Assembly (NCBI GenBank): GCA_048772705.1
Contig: JBLWGC010000230.1
Coordinates: 930,001-994,000 of the forward strand
Length of the DNA stretch: 64,000 nt
Source of the DNA: Leidyana gryllorum EB-2025a
Taxonomy: Eukaryota > Protista > Apicomplexa
Direction of reading: 5' to 3'
Part shown: piece after piece, positions 1 to 10,363 of the stretch
How positions within the stretch are numbered: the first letter of the stretch is position 1
Layout: each line of letters opens with the position of its first letter
Made by a program: the position numbers and the translations under genes
The notes under the pieces: model-generated
Told to the model about the DNA's origin: nothing
Seen by the model: the letters and a program-made list of their open reading frames with translations, nothing else
The model's database searches: none

Positions 1-1327
1 TTGAGACGGCTTGGGCTTTGACAAATATTGCCTCTGGGAACCAACAGCAGACGGCTGCCGTCCTGGAAGCTGGAGCTATCGACGCGTTTGTGCGCTTGCT
101 GAACAGCCCTACCCCCGAGGTGCGGGAGCAAGCCGTTTGGGCCCTCGGCAACATTGCCGGAGACTCCCCCGGCTTTCGCAATAAAGTGCTCGAGGCCGGC
201 GCTCTCCCCCTTATCCTCAAAGAGCTCAGCGAAGCCGACCTGCCGCACACCAAGGCGAACATCGTGCGCTACGGCACCTGGACTCTGTCCAACCTGTGCC
301 GTGGCAAACCGGAACCGCCCCTGCCTATGGTGTCTCCGGCTCTTCCAGTTCTCCGCCAACTGCTCTACGCTTCCGAAACTGATATCCTCACCGACGCCTG
401 CTGGGCTTTGAGCTACCTCTCCGACACCCAGGAGACCAACGACGGAACCCGCATCGACGAGGTCATCAACTCTGGTGTGTGTGCCCGACTGGCGGAGCTC
501 CTTGGACACTCTTCTTACCTCGTCCAAACTCCCGCACTGAGAGCCGTCGGAAACATTGTCACCGGTGAGTCGTCAGACGCTGTCGGAACTTCCGAGAATT
601 CCTTTCTTTGTTCATTCACGCAGGCAACGACATGCAGACCCAAACGATGCTGGGTTTCAACATCTTGCCTCGGCTCCGCGCTTTGCTGGACTCCAATAAG
701 AAAGCTATCAAGAAGGAGGCGTGCTGGGCAATCAGCAATATAACGGCTGGAAACCGCGAGCAGATTGAGGAGGTGATTTGCGCCGGCATTATCCCTGATT
801 TGGTCCGTCTGCTGCAAACTGGCGAGTTTGATGTCAAGCGAGAGGCTGCTTGGGCGATCTCTAATGCTGCTTCCGGCGGCAACGTTCGCCAGGTGAGTCC
901 TTCACGTAGCCCCGGAGCTGCTCCCACTCTCTCTATTACAGGTGGAGGCTTTGGTGGAGGCCGACTGTCTCAAGCCGCTGGTCGAGTTGCTGGAGGTCAA
1001 TGATAGCAAGGTCGTGAATGTAGCGCTCGAAGCCATTGAGAACATTCTCAAGACCGGAAAAACTCGCCAAGAGGAGGAAGGTCTCTCCGAGAACCCATAC
1101 GTGGCTTGGTTGGAGAGGGTAAGTACTTTCTTTGGCCGTCGCCAACTGCTCTTTCTCAACACTCATCGCTTCAGGCTGATGGATTTGAGAAGCTCGAACG
1201 GCTCCAATACGTTAGCGAAAGGAGTAGCATCCACAAGACGGCCGTGAAGATCATTTCTCAGTATTTGGAAGTTGAAGGGGACGAGCCAGTGACGGATTTC
1301 AATCTTCAGTTCGGCACCCGGATGTAG
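1..1327 (+). CDS. Importin subunit alpha (5' truncated by window edge; introns 565-623, 893-941, 1119-1174)
   Basis: ARM repeats with importin-alpha signatures ([66 protein letters not shown]). GT-AG introns join four ORF fragments in frame. Confidence 0.95.
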
Positions 1328-1904
1328 ACTCACTCACTCGATCGTCCAGCAAGATTCATCTCCCCTCTTCTCAATCAGCCTTCCTTCCCCCTCCTTCCTA
1401 CATGGTGAAAAAACCAAGCCTATGTACACGTGCTCAATGCATCCTCAAAGTAGGGACGAATTTCTTGCTCAAGTTGGCCGATAGTCAGTCAGTCACTCTG
1501 TCTGGCCACCAACACATTCTCTCTCTCGGGGGGGCATCGACGCCACCGTCTCTCTCCCTCTCTACTGTCTCTCACCACACTCAAAGTTCTCAGACTTCTC
1601 TCACGACCACCACCACAGAGTGAGTGTGACCAAGTGGAAGGGGGGGCGGGCTCGCTGGATGGTACGAAAAGAGGCTGCTGAAGACTACTCACTCAGTCCC
1701 CCCACTTCCAAGCATCTATCTAAGACTTTCGATGCCTTCACTCCGTTGTGCGTGTGTGTGTTGGTTGGTGTGTGTGTGGAGGGAGGTGGTTCCATCTCAA
1801 TCTCTGTCTCTCTCTCCAAATTTTCCGTGCGCCACAGGGGGAGGAATGTCATTCTCTTGTGTATCCAAAGTATGAGAGAGTGTGGGGGAGATATGATATG
1901 ATAC

Positions 1905-4151
1905 TTAGTTGCTGTCGCGGATGTACGCAAGGAATTCGTCCCAATCGATAACACCGTCCCCATTCTGATCTATTTTTGATATCATTCGTTCGACATCCTC
2001 AGCTTGCAGGAGTTTCGTACTGCCGTCTCCATTGAGTAGAGTGACGAATTCACTGACAGAAATCTTGCCGTCGTGATCTTTGTCCATCTTCGAGAACGCG
2101 GTCCACATAACGTTCAGCTCACTCTCGCGCCAGGTGTAGGCGGCCGCCAGGAACTCCGTGTACGAGATGTCCCCTGATCCATCGACATCTAATGCATGGA
2201 CGACTTTATTGATATCCCAAGGCTCAAACCCAGCCTGGGCGAGCCCTCGACTCAGTTCTTCACGGGAAAGCGTGCCAGAGTTGTCAGTGTCGAGACTCTT
2301 GAATAAGTCGCTCAGTACCTTTACTTGTCCGCCGTTGAAGTTCAACTGATGCGTCATCAGATTGATAAGTGCCGCCTTCAAACCGCTATGCTTCGCATAG
2401 CTTCGCAAGTTCGCACACAGATCCGGTGTCAACTCAATGTCCGTCGTTCCACCGGCTTCACGGAACCACCTGTGCTGCAACGCCTCCTTTGCACTTATAC
2501 GATTACGAGGATTCTTAGTCATCATCTTTTGCATCAGATCCAATGCTTCAGGTGACACATGACGACAGTACGCCTCGTAGGGAGGCTCTTGTTTAGTGAT
2601 CTTATTGCGGACCTCTGTCACACTACGTCCCATGAATGGCAAATGCCCAGTCATCAACAAGAACATTATACACCCCGCAGACCACACATCGCACTTGACA
2701 GTTACCCCTGACCAAACAACAAATGTATACAATCCCAACCCACACACTCACGACGCGCAAACACTTCCGGGGCCATATAGAGGACAGTTCCCGCTGCGTT
2801 GCTCGAGGTACCCTCAAAGATTTCGGCCAGACCAAAATCGATAACCTTGATAGCGGAGTGAGGATCACGGTCTTGGAACAGAATGTTCTCCGGTTTCAGA
2901 TCCCTACAAATATTCAGTCAACGAAATTGGTTACCACTTCCAGAAGCGAATAGGGACGCAAATTGTCGCGCGACCGCGCGTGTGTGTTCGGAGACACGAA
3001 CAGAGCACAAGGCATAGATCACTTACTTGTGACAGATGCGCTTGGAGTGGAAGTAGGCCAGACCGCTCAGGAGCTGCTTGACAATCTCCCGAACATACTT
3101 CTCAGTGAGAACTTTACCCCGGTCACTAGCTTCCGTGACTCGGGCGAGGAGCTCACCACCCTCGCAGACTTCCTGGATGATGTACAGGTTATTGTAGTCT
3201 TCATAGACTTCAAAGATTTTGATGATATTCGGATGGTCGAGAGTCTTTAATACTTCGACCTCCGCTTCGATTTGTTCCACCGGCACAGCGGCTTTGTCCT
3301 TGTTAATTGTTTTGCAGCAACGCGTGAGTCCGGAACTACGCTCCGTCACCAGATGTACTTCGCCGAAACAACCAGCACCAAGTTTGCGGTTGAATGTGAA
3401 AATTCTCTTGATCTGATCCTCTGCAAGAGCAACGCGACCGACGAAGAAGGAGCGCCTCACGCACACGGCTTTACTCGGGTAATACTTATCCCGAACTCGC
3501 AATAGAATTTGCCAAAACTGCACAACGCAGCAGCATGAGTTGGGCTATAGCGGCGACAGGGACGGCAGGAGACACTGGGAAGGGAGGAGGTGTCCCAGAG
3601 TCTCTTGAGAGACTCTATAAAGAAAGGGCAGAAGCGAGTGTAGCTCTCCGTTGCCACTTTATCGCAAGAGAACTCATCACAAGAGACGTCACCACAGCTG
3701 GAAGGATCTGAGTGCTTACCATTTGAGCAAAGTCATCAGGACTAAGCTCATCCGTATCGCTGGAATTGAAGCGGTTGAAGATGGCCAGTAGGGTATGATC
3801 TGTACAATTCACGATTGAATGTTGTTCACATTGGTGTTGACGCACCATCTATGGGCGGTAGAGATAGATTGACCACGAGACGGTCGATGAGGGCCCGACA
3901 TTCCTCGAAATTGAGGGTGCCCGAGTTGTCGTGGTCGAATTGCTGTACAGATCTGTGGTGTCGTTGAGGTTAAAAAAGGGTACCTGGAAGGAGGCCATTG
4001 CCGATTTAAAGAATTTCTCGCGGTCGGCGAGAACATTCTCCAACTTGGCTTGAATGGACTTGGGCGTGGTGGAATCCGAGCGGGGTCTCACGGTAGGCTG
4101 GTGGGGTTGTGGGACCTCTGAATGGTAAGCAGGCGGGGTAGCTGAAGACAT
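1905..4151 (-). CDS. Calcium-dependent protein kinase with two extra N-terminal EF hands (CDPK6-like), multi-exon
   Basis: Kinase motifs LGAGCFGEV, DLKPENIL, DFG, YMAPE and DVWSAG. Four C-terminal EF hands (DTDNSGTLS, DVDGSGDIS, DKDHDGKIS, DQNGDGVID). Spliced N-terminal exons give FDHDNSGTLNFEE and FNSSDTDELSPDD. Confidence 0.9.
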
Positions 4152-4461
4152 TATTCGTATAGATTTTGCGTCCTACTTGAAGACTTCTGGGTGCTAACAC
4201 CGGGTGGGCCCCGATGCCAACGTTGTGAACGCATTCCCGACCGGTGGTCCCTCATACTTCTCCAAACAACAGAAAAAAGAATCCACAAAGTGGATGGGAG
4301 ACTGCACTCCTCTACCAACTGGCACCATCAAATACGTATAATTCAATGATGTGAGAACGGGTGAAGTTGGTCATTAAACTTGAAACCTAACACTATTCTT
4401 CACGCCGCCCCGACAAACTGGGAAGGTCGTGTGAGTATCTGCATCCATACCCCGCTATGTC

Positions 4462-6489
4462 CTAAACCGGAGGAGAGAAGTCCCCTGAGACGTCCGTTCC
4501 TGTCGGGCGATGAATGATGTTGTCTGACCAGATTATCTCGAAGGTTCCAGCCGGATCCTGAGTGAGCAAGTTCTGGGTGTAACTCGCAACGGTTGTGGCC
4601 GCCTTCACAACCGGCTCCTGCCAGTTCGGGAGGGTCTCACAAGTCTCAGTCTCCTCGATCGCGGTCTGGCCTGCCTCAGTCGCTGCCACACCACATTAAA
4701 CACAGCATACCAACCCTTCCTTACTCTCGACGCCCGTCGAATCGGACAAATTCTGTGTCACCACAACTGTACCTGATGCCGTTGTGTTCACTGTTTGCTC
4801 CGATGCTTCGGCGCTCAACTCTTCAGTCGCCGTTCCTGAGCCACTGGGCGTGCTGGAGGAGTCCCCACTCTCTGAACCACCTGTGGTAGTGGATTGCGAG
4901 ACCTCCGCCGTCCCCGATTCTGCCGATCCAGTCCCCGTGCTACTCGAGGACACCATCTCCGTCGATCCCGACACTTCCTCGCTGGACCCGGCTGCCCCAG
5001 ACGATCCGTCCTCTGACCCGGCTGAGCCCTCCGTACTCGGACCCTCGGTCGTGGTGAGTTCGTCCAGCGTAATATCCGTTCCAGCAACCTGTGCTGTTTC
5101 ACTGGACGTGGAGACTTCTGACGACGACTGAGCGGGCTCGGTACTCTCAGCGGCCGAACTTCCCTGGGTGTCCTCGGAAGCTGTGGCGGAAGCAGGCGGG
5201 GGTGCCAGACTGGTTCCCTCAGAATCTGTGATCGGTGCTGTGGGCGACGGTGGCGGGGGTGCGAGACTGGTGCCCTCAGAATCGGTGACGGGGTCGGTGG
5301 CTTCAGTCTCTTCAGACGCTGTGGGCGACGGAGGGGGCGGTGCGAGACTGGTTCCCTCAGAATCGGTGATCGGGTCGGTGGCTTCAGTCTCCTCAGACGC
5401 TGTAGGCGACGGAGGCGGAGGTGCGAGACTGGTTCCCTCCGAGTCGGTCACGGGGTCGGTGGCTTCAGTCTCCTCAGACGCTGTGGGAGACGGAGGCGGG
5501 GGCGCCAAACTGGTGCCCTCAGAATCGGTGACGGGGTCGGTGGCTTCGGTGTCCTCAGACGCTGTGGGAGACGGAGGGGGCGGTGCGAGACTGGTTCCCT
5601 CAGAATCGGTGACGGGGTCAGTTGCTTCAGTCTCCTCAGACGCTGTGGGAGACGGAGGCGGGGGCGCCAAACTGGTGCCCTCTGAGTTGGTGACGGGGTC
5701 AGTTGCTTCAGTTTCCTCAGATGCTGTGGGCGACGGAGGCGGGGGTGCGAGACTGGTGCCCTCTGAGGCCGTTGTGGGGCCGGTTGGCTGTGTCTCTTGC
5801 GCTAATGTGGATGTGAGTGAGGGAGTGACGGTATGGGTTGCATCTGACGCACTGATGTTAGTGTCCGTTTCGAGGGATTCTGACACCGTTGTTCCAATTA
5901 AGGTGGATTGCGGAGTGTCAGTGGTGAGATGCGTTTGATTCTCCGTATTGGACGGGTCAATGTTAGTTGTGGTGGTGGGAACATTTGGATTCGTCGTTGC
6001 TGAGTTAGTCTCGGGCGCGGATAGATCAGTCGTAGTTGTAGCTGATGGGAGGGTGGTGTTGGGGGCGGCGCCTACAAACATACCTGCGGTTGTCGTTGTG
6101 ACCCTAGCGGTCTGTACGGGGAAGCGAGTGGAAGTTGTGGGTTGTTGTTGGAGGATTCTGGGCGGTGTCGAGCAGTTTCTCAATTCATAGAGAGTAGACG
6201 GTGTGGGTGACGGTGGAAGGGTTTTAAAACTAGAGAGAGTCGCACATAATGAAGTATTCAAATCATACAGTATCGCGACACACAGTGTATCCTCAAGACA
6301 ATCAAAACGACAGTCGCGATGAGAGGGCGAGTGATAAGCATTAAATGGCAGTGTTGCATCAACAAATTGGAAGCAGTCCTCCACATCGGGGACGACGAGA
6401 TTTGTTCTGAGCACTGCCGCGGCACCTCTCAGTTGAGATGCCTGGATGCCCAGGACGGCCGACGTAGAGAGGAGATAGAAGAGCAACAT
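4462..6489 (-). CDS. Secreted mucin-like surface protein with an N-terminal PAN/Apple domain and 27-aa tandem repeats
   Basis: Signal peptide MLLFYLLSTSAVLG (ATG at 6489). Cys pattern CRFDCLEDTLCVAILYDLNTSLC. Thr/Ser/Pro/Glu-rich body. Probable intron near 4683-4724 extends the frame into ORF 4462-4689; the 3' end is uncertain. Confidence 0.75.
5170..5770 (-). repeat. Coding 81-bp tandem repeat (SEGTSLAPPPPSPTASEETEATDPVTD): 6 full units plus 2 partial units
   Basis: Period of 81 nt (e.g. atcggtga at 5281 and 5362). Differences between units are mostly at third codon positions. Confidence 0.95.
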
Positions 6490-6572
6490 GGCTACTGAAA
6501 GAATTATTAATGATAACCAGAAGAGAGAGTGGGATCTAAAAAAAACGCAACAATCAATCCAAGACGCGATGT

Positions 6573-9011
6573 ATGTTGGGGGGACAGAAGACTTCATTTT
6601 CATCCTTCTCAGGTCATGAGAAGCGAGGAGACTTCTCGTCTGGGGGTGGTGGTCATGAAGATCTTATTGTGGCAGCCCCCACGGCCCCTTGTTGGTCCTC
6701 ATCGTCCATCCCTTCCTCGGACGACGATGATCGCTTTGTGCCCATGGGCCGACGGAGTATGACCTTCTCCACTGCGCGTACGACCGGATATGTATGGAAC
6801 TTACGAGGTACCCGCTACTCTGGCGAGGATGACTATCAAACCACCTATGGTACAATGGATGGTGATATTGACACTGCCACTGATACGGGTAGCGACTACG
6901 ATAGCCTCCTCGTCGACGATGACAGAGGGGAGGGGGACTGGCGACGGCGACACAGTGCAGGTGGCACCGCCGACGAAGATATCGATAGTGACAGCAGCCA
7001 GACTGGCGGAGGAGGCGATAGAGGACCCCGGGCCACCACCACCACCATCAACAACGCTACAGAGAACGAATCCATTGTGATGGCCAATACGTTAAGGAAT
7101 GCTAAACCGACCAATGATTTATTCGGATGGAATCCCCTACGACAGTGTCAGTCTTTCTGCCGTGGGCCGACGGCTTTGATCTGTGGTCGCGAGAGGCCGC
7201 CGAAAATGAAGCGGACGGCGAGAGTCATCTCAGCTCCTGACCACAAACAGAAGAGCGGCTCCTCCTCGATCGTCTCCAACGAAGGAGACGACAGCGACTA
7301 CAATGTGGTCCGCAATGATGCCATAGATTATGATCAGCGATCTACGAAGGGCCGATTTCTGGCGGCGGTGGAATCGATATGGGAAATCTTTGATCCAAAC
7401 ATCTATCTGCCCACTGATCCGCGAGGAGGAGGAGGAGGAGGAGGCGGCAATCATTCGTCGACTCAAACGATACCCAATCACTCCCATAGACCGTATCAAC
7501 ACCACCACCACAGCCACCATTCTCACGGGACAAATCTCGTTGGTACAGCTCGAGCGCCCACTGGCAGAAGTTCAATGGAGGGTGGCCGCACGGCGAGACG
7601 ACGGCGACGGAAAGCGTCCACACCAGCGGCGACATCGCGGAGACACCGTGAAGCGTTGCATCAGGCGGCATCCCACACTCCAGCCGCCCCGTTACCTCCT
7701 CCGGGTTCGCGTGTGCGTCGAGACAGTCAGAGTTCGGTTCCTGCGGTACTGTTCGCTCGACAGTGGTCGAGTCGCGAGTCGCTTCCGGAAGATCTGCTGA
7801 AGAGTCGTAAACTATTGAAACTAATGACAACGACATACAGTAATGCCAAGACAGGTGCAGAATTGGTTGAAGAACATCAGCGCAAAGTACACTTCAACAA
7901 TGCAGTTATTGCTGCAGGCGGAGTGGGCGTTGCTGGTCCCGGCGGAGGCAACGTGTCAGATGAAGGGCTTCTGGCTGATCAATTGGAACATTGGAAGAAG
8001 AGGTTTAAACGAGATGATGTATCATTGTCTCCAAATCAAAACAAGTCATACAAGAGACGGCCAAGTGATGCGGTCACAGACCTGCGCAAACTTGAGAACA
8101 CAATTGCATTGTCACCATGGAGCGGAAGAAACACAAAGAATGACAGCGAACAGAGACGAGCCGATGAATGGGCCAAAGAGGCCGCTCGAGTGCTGGCCTA
8201 CGAAACCCATGAAGGACCCTCTGACGACATTGTATATATGTTAATGCGAGATACCGAGGAAAGAGTATCCAAAAAGTCGCAATTCCAGCGACTCGCCTCC
8301 AGCACGTGGAAAAAACAGTATTCGGGAGTAAGTACCACTGCCTGTGTTTCATTTCGGGGCTGTAAGAGACCGTTGCGATGGCGAAGGGCACACCCTCAGC
8401 CGTGCGTCGAAGTATTGCGCATAGCTCCCCACGGAACTGCCATCCTGGGAGAAAACTGCTGGAAACGACTGTTAGATGGAATCAGAGTCTGGGCCTTCAT
8501 GGGCCTCTCAGCCGCAGCCGTCGCCAAGATCGACCTCCACCTCTTCTACCTCGAGCAGACCTCTGGAAACTTCAAGCTCGCCAAAATGTCGGGCGCCGTT
8601 CCCCCAGCTGCTGGGGCGCCCCTCCCTGCCTCCGGCCTCACCGCCGGGAACTCGCGCAACAAACTCCTCTCGGTCGCAGGCGACCAACAGAGACTGCCGA
8701 GTCTTAGCCGCCGAGAAAGCATCATACATGGACTTCGCAATGGAAGGAACTTTCCTCTCGAGAATCTTATTGAAATCGACAGAGGCGAATATCTTCGTAA
8801 GATCGTTCTCGGAGATCCCTCCTTACAAAGGTCAACGCTCGCCCGCCGCCTCACCTCGGTAATAGCGCTCTGGAGTGGAAATGCCTCAGAGCCTCTCGTT
8901 TGCGCCTCTGAAACGGACGCGGATTTGGATACACTCATATCAGTTATTAGGTTCCTCCAATTCTACAACGGCATCAGCCCTGCCGAAGTTGTCGAACGCC
9001 CTCAAGCCTAA
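6573..9011 (+). CDS. Hypothetical protein with a long disordered N-terminus and a possible C-terminal PH-like fold
   Basis: 812-aa uninterrupted ORF. The C-terminal ~200 aa show a beta-strand pattern followed by a terminal helix (SETDADLDTLISVIRFLQ). Start codon uncertain. Confidence 0.6.
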   Translation: MLGGQKTSFSSFSGHEKRGDFSSGGGGHEDLIVAAPTAPCWSSSSIPSSDDDDRFVPMGRRSMTFSTARTTGYVWNLRGTRYSGEDDYQTTYGTMDGDIDTATDTGSDYDSLLVDDDRGEGDWRRRHSAGGTADEDIDSDSSQTGGGGDRGPRATTTTINNATENESIVMANTLRNAKPTNDLFGWNPLRQCQSFCRGPTALICGRERPPKMKRTARVISAPDHKQKSGSSSIVSNEGDDSDYNVVRNDAIDYDQRSTKGRFLAAVESIWEIFDPNIYLPTDPRGGGGGGGGNHSSTQTIPNHSHRPYQHHHHSHHSHGTNLVGTARAPTGRSSMEGGRTARRRRRKASTPAATSRRHREALHQAASHTPAAPLPPPGSRVRRDSQSSVPAVLFARQWSSRESLPEDLLKSRKLLKLMTTTYSNAKTGAELVEEHQRKVHFNNAVIAAGGVGVAGPGGGNVSDEGLLADQLEHWKKRFKRDDVSLSPNQNKSYKRRPSDAVTDLRKLENTIALSPWSGRNTKNDSEQRRADEWAKEAARVLAYETHEGPSDDIVYMLMRDTEERVSKKSQFQRLASSTWKKQYSGVSTTACVSFRGCKRPLRWRRAHPQPCVEVLRIAPHGTAILGENCWKRLLDGIRVWAFMGLSAAAVAKIDLHLFYLEQTSGNFKLAKMSGAVPPAAGAPLPASGLTAGNSRNKLLSVAGDQQRLPSLSRRESIIHGLRNGRNFPLENLIEIDRGEYLRKIVLGDPSLQRSTLARRLTSVIALWSGNASEPLVCASETDADLDTLISVIRFLQFYNGISPAEVVERPQA

Positions 9012-9029
9012 TAACCACACCTCATCCCC

Positions 9030-10288
9030 GCGTCAACGGCGACCCAAAACACGAGACACAGCGTCACGACTCAATCGCAAATCCAATTTCCGCCCCTCCA
9101 AGACTTGTGCGTTCCGCATTTCCTGCATCACAGATCATTGTGGCATCGCCAACCAAAAAATGTACCCCAGTCATACCCCGCCCGCATAGCACACACCCCA
9201 AGTGCAAGGACGGATGCTCATGCAAGGGAGACACACACATTCACACACACAGAAAGACCGCCACAAAACGACCAGCCAACAATCGAACCAATCAGTCAAC
9301 CAACCGTCCATCTCACCACCACCCAACCAATCAGCCGTCCAACACAGTCAGTGCGTCTCACCTGTACGACTTCCTTCAAGAGCCGTTCCCCCACCAAAGC
9401 CAGCAGGCTGGTTGTGTCGCGGGTAACGGATGCACATCCGGGAAGGTCTCGGAGGCATCGTTCCATAACATTGGAGTCGGGTCCAGCGATCAGCATTGGC
9501 GAAACATGGGTCAATATCAGAGTTTGCACTGTGTCAATCATAGGTGGAGCCAATCTCCGCGGATCGCCTGCAGCCATACTGCTGCTCTCTGTCGGATTGG
9601 GGGCATCAGGGTCCGACTTTTCTAAGGGAGGTAGAGGAGTGGCAGCAGCACTGGTGGTCGCTCCGTCCTGCTCATTGGCCTCCAACTCGGCTTTGGGGTA
9701 TGGGAAAAGTCTGATGCCCGACAGAGTGTCGCTCTCCAAGGCTCCTGCAATGTGAAAGTGGCACAGAGAGTACACACTGAGGCTGACTAACCGTACAAAT
9801 GTGGGAGCAGACTCAGTCGGACTTTCTTCTCCAAGTCACTCAACTGCTCCTCTCTGAGTTTCCATTCTTCAACATGTTGAACAACGTTGAGCTTCTCCAA
9901 GTTGCGTCGCTGAGCTTGAAGTATGTTGGCAGGGGGTGCCTGCCAATTGCCCAAGATTTGGGACACAGGGGCGAAGTTTAAAAGCTCATGATTTGTGGGA
10001 AAGCCTCCCCATGAACCCGGCTGTTGCTGCATATATGGCTCTTGAGAGTTTGTTTTGTGACTGAATTTGAGACTGATTCTGCACAGCTAATCTATCCTAA
10101 CAGAGATAGACACCACCACCACCCCCGCTGTAAGCGGATCCGACCTTTGCGAATGGCAAATTCTCAATTGTCGAGATTAAGAGTACCGTGAGATTGATTG
10201 CTCTACTAAAAGACCCTCTCTGAGTGTTGAACGCTATATTCATGGGAACACCGATTATCGCTGGTTGCGCAAAGTGAATGTTGTTCAA
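9030..10288 (-). CDS. Multi-exon hypothetical protein, weakly histone-fold (TAF10-like)
   Basis: Fragments 10097-10288, 9787-10032 and 9296-9775 are bounded by splice-like sites. The segment PDSNVMERCLRDLPGCASVTRDTTSLLALVGERLLKEVVQ loosely resembles TAF10. Both gene ends are uncertain. Confidence 0.35.
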
Positions 10289-10305
10289 TTGTGCCTTTCG
10301 ATTGA

Positions 10306-10315
10306 CTGTGTGTGT

Positions 10316-10359
<44 letters not shown>
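10306..10359. repeat. (TG)n microsatellite
   Basis: About 26 TG units with one interruption. Confidence 0.95.
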
Positions 10360-10360
<1 letters not shown>

Positions 10361-10363
10361 TAA

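Noticed and set aside
5170-5770. Regular repeats that look like a CRISPR array
   Set aside because: Units are contiguous and in frame with no unique spacers; the context is eukaryotic and no cas genes are present.
5168-5938. Long antisense ORFs (here, and e.g. 33122-33871 and 61663-62280)
   Set aside because: Shadows of repetitive or GC-rich coding sequence on the opposite strand, with no independent motifs.
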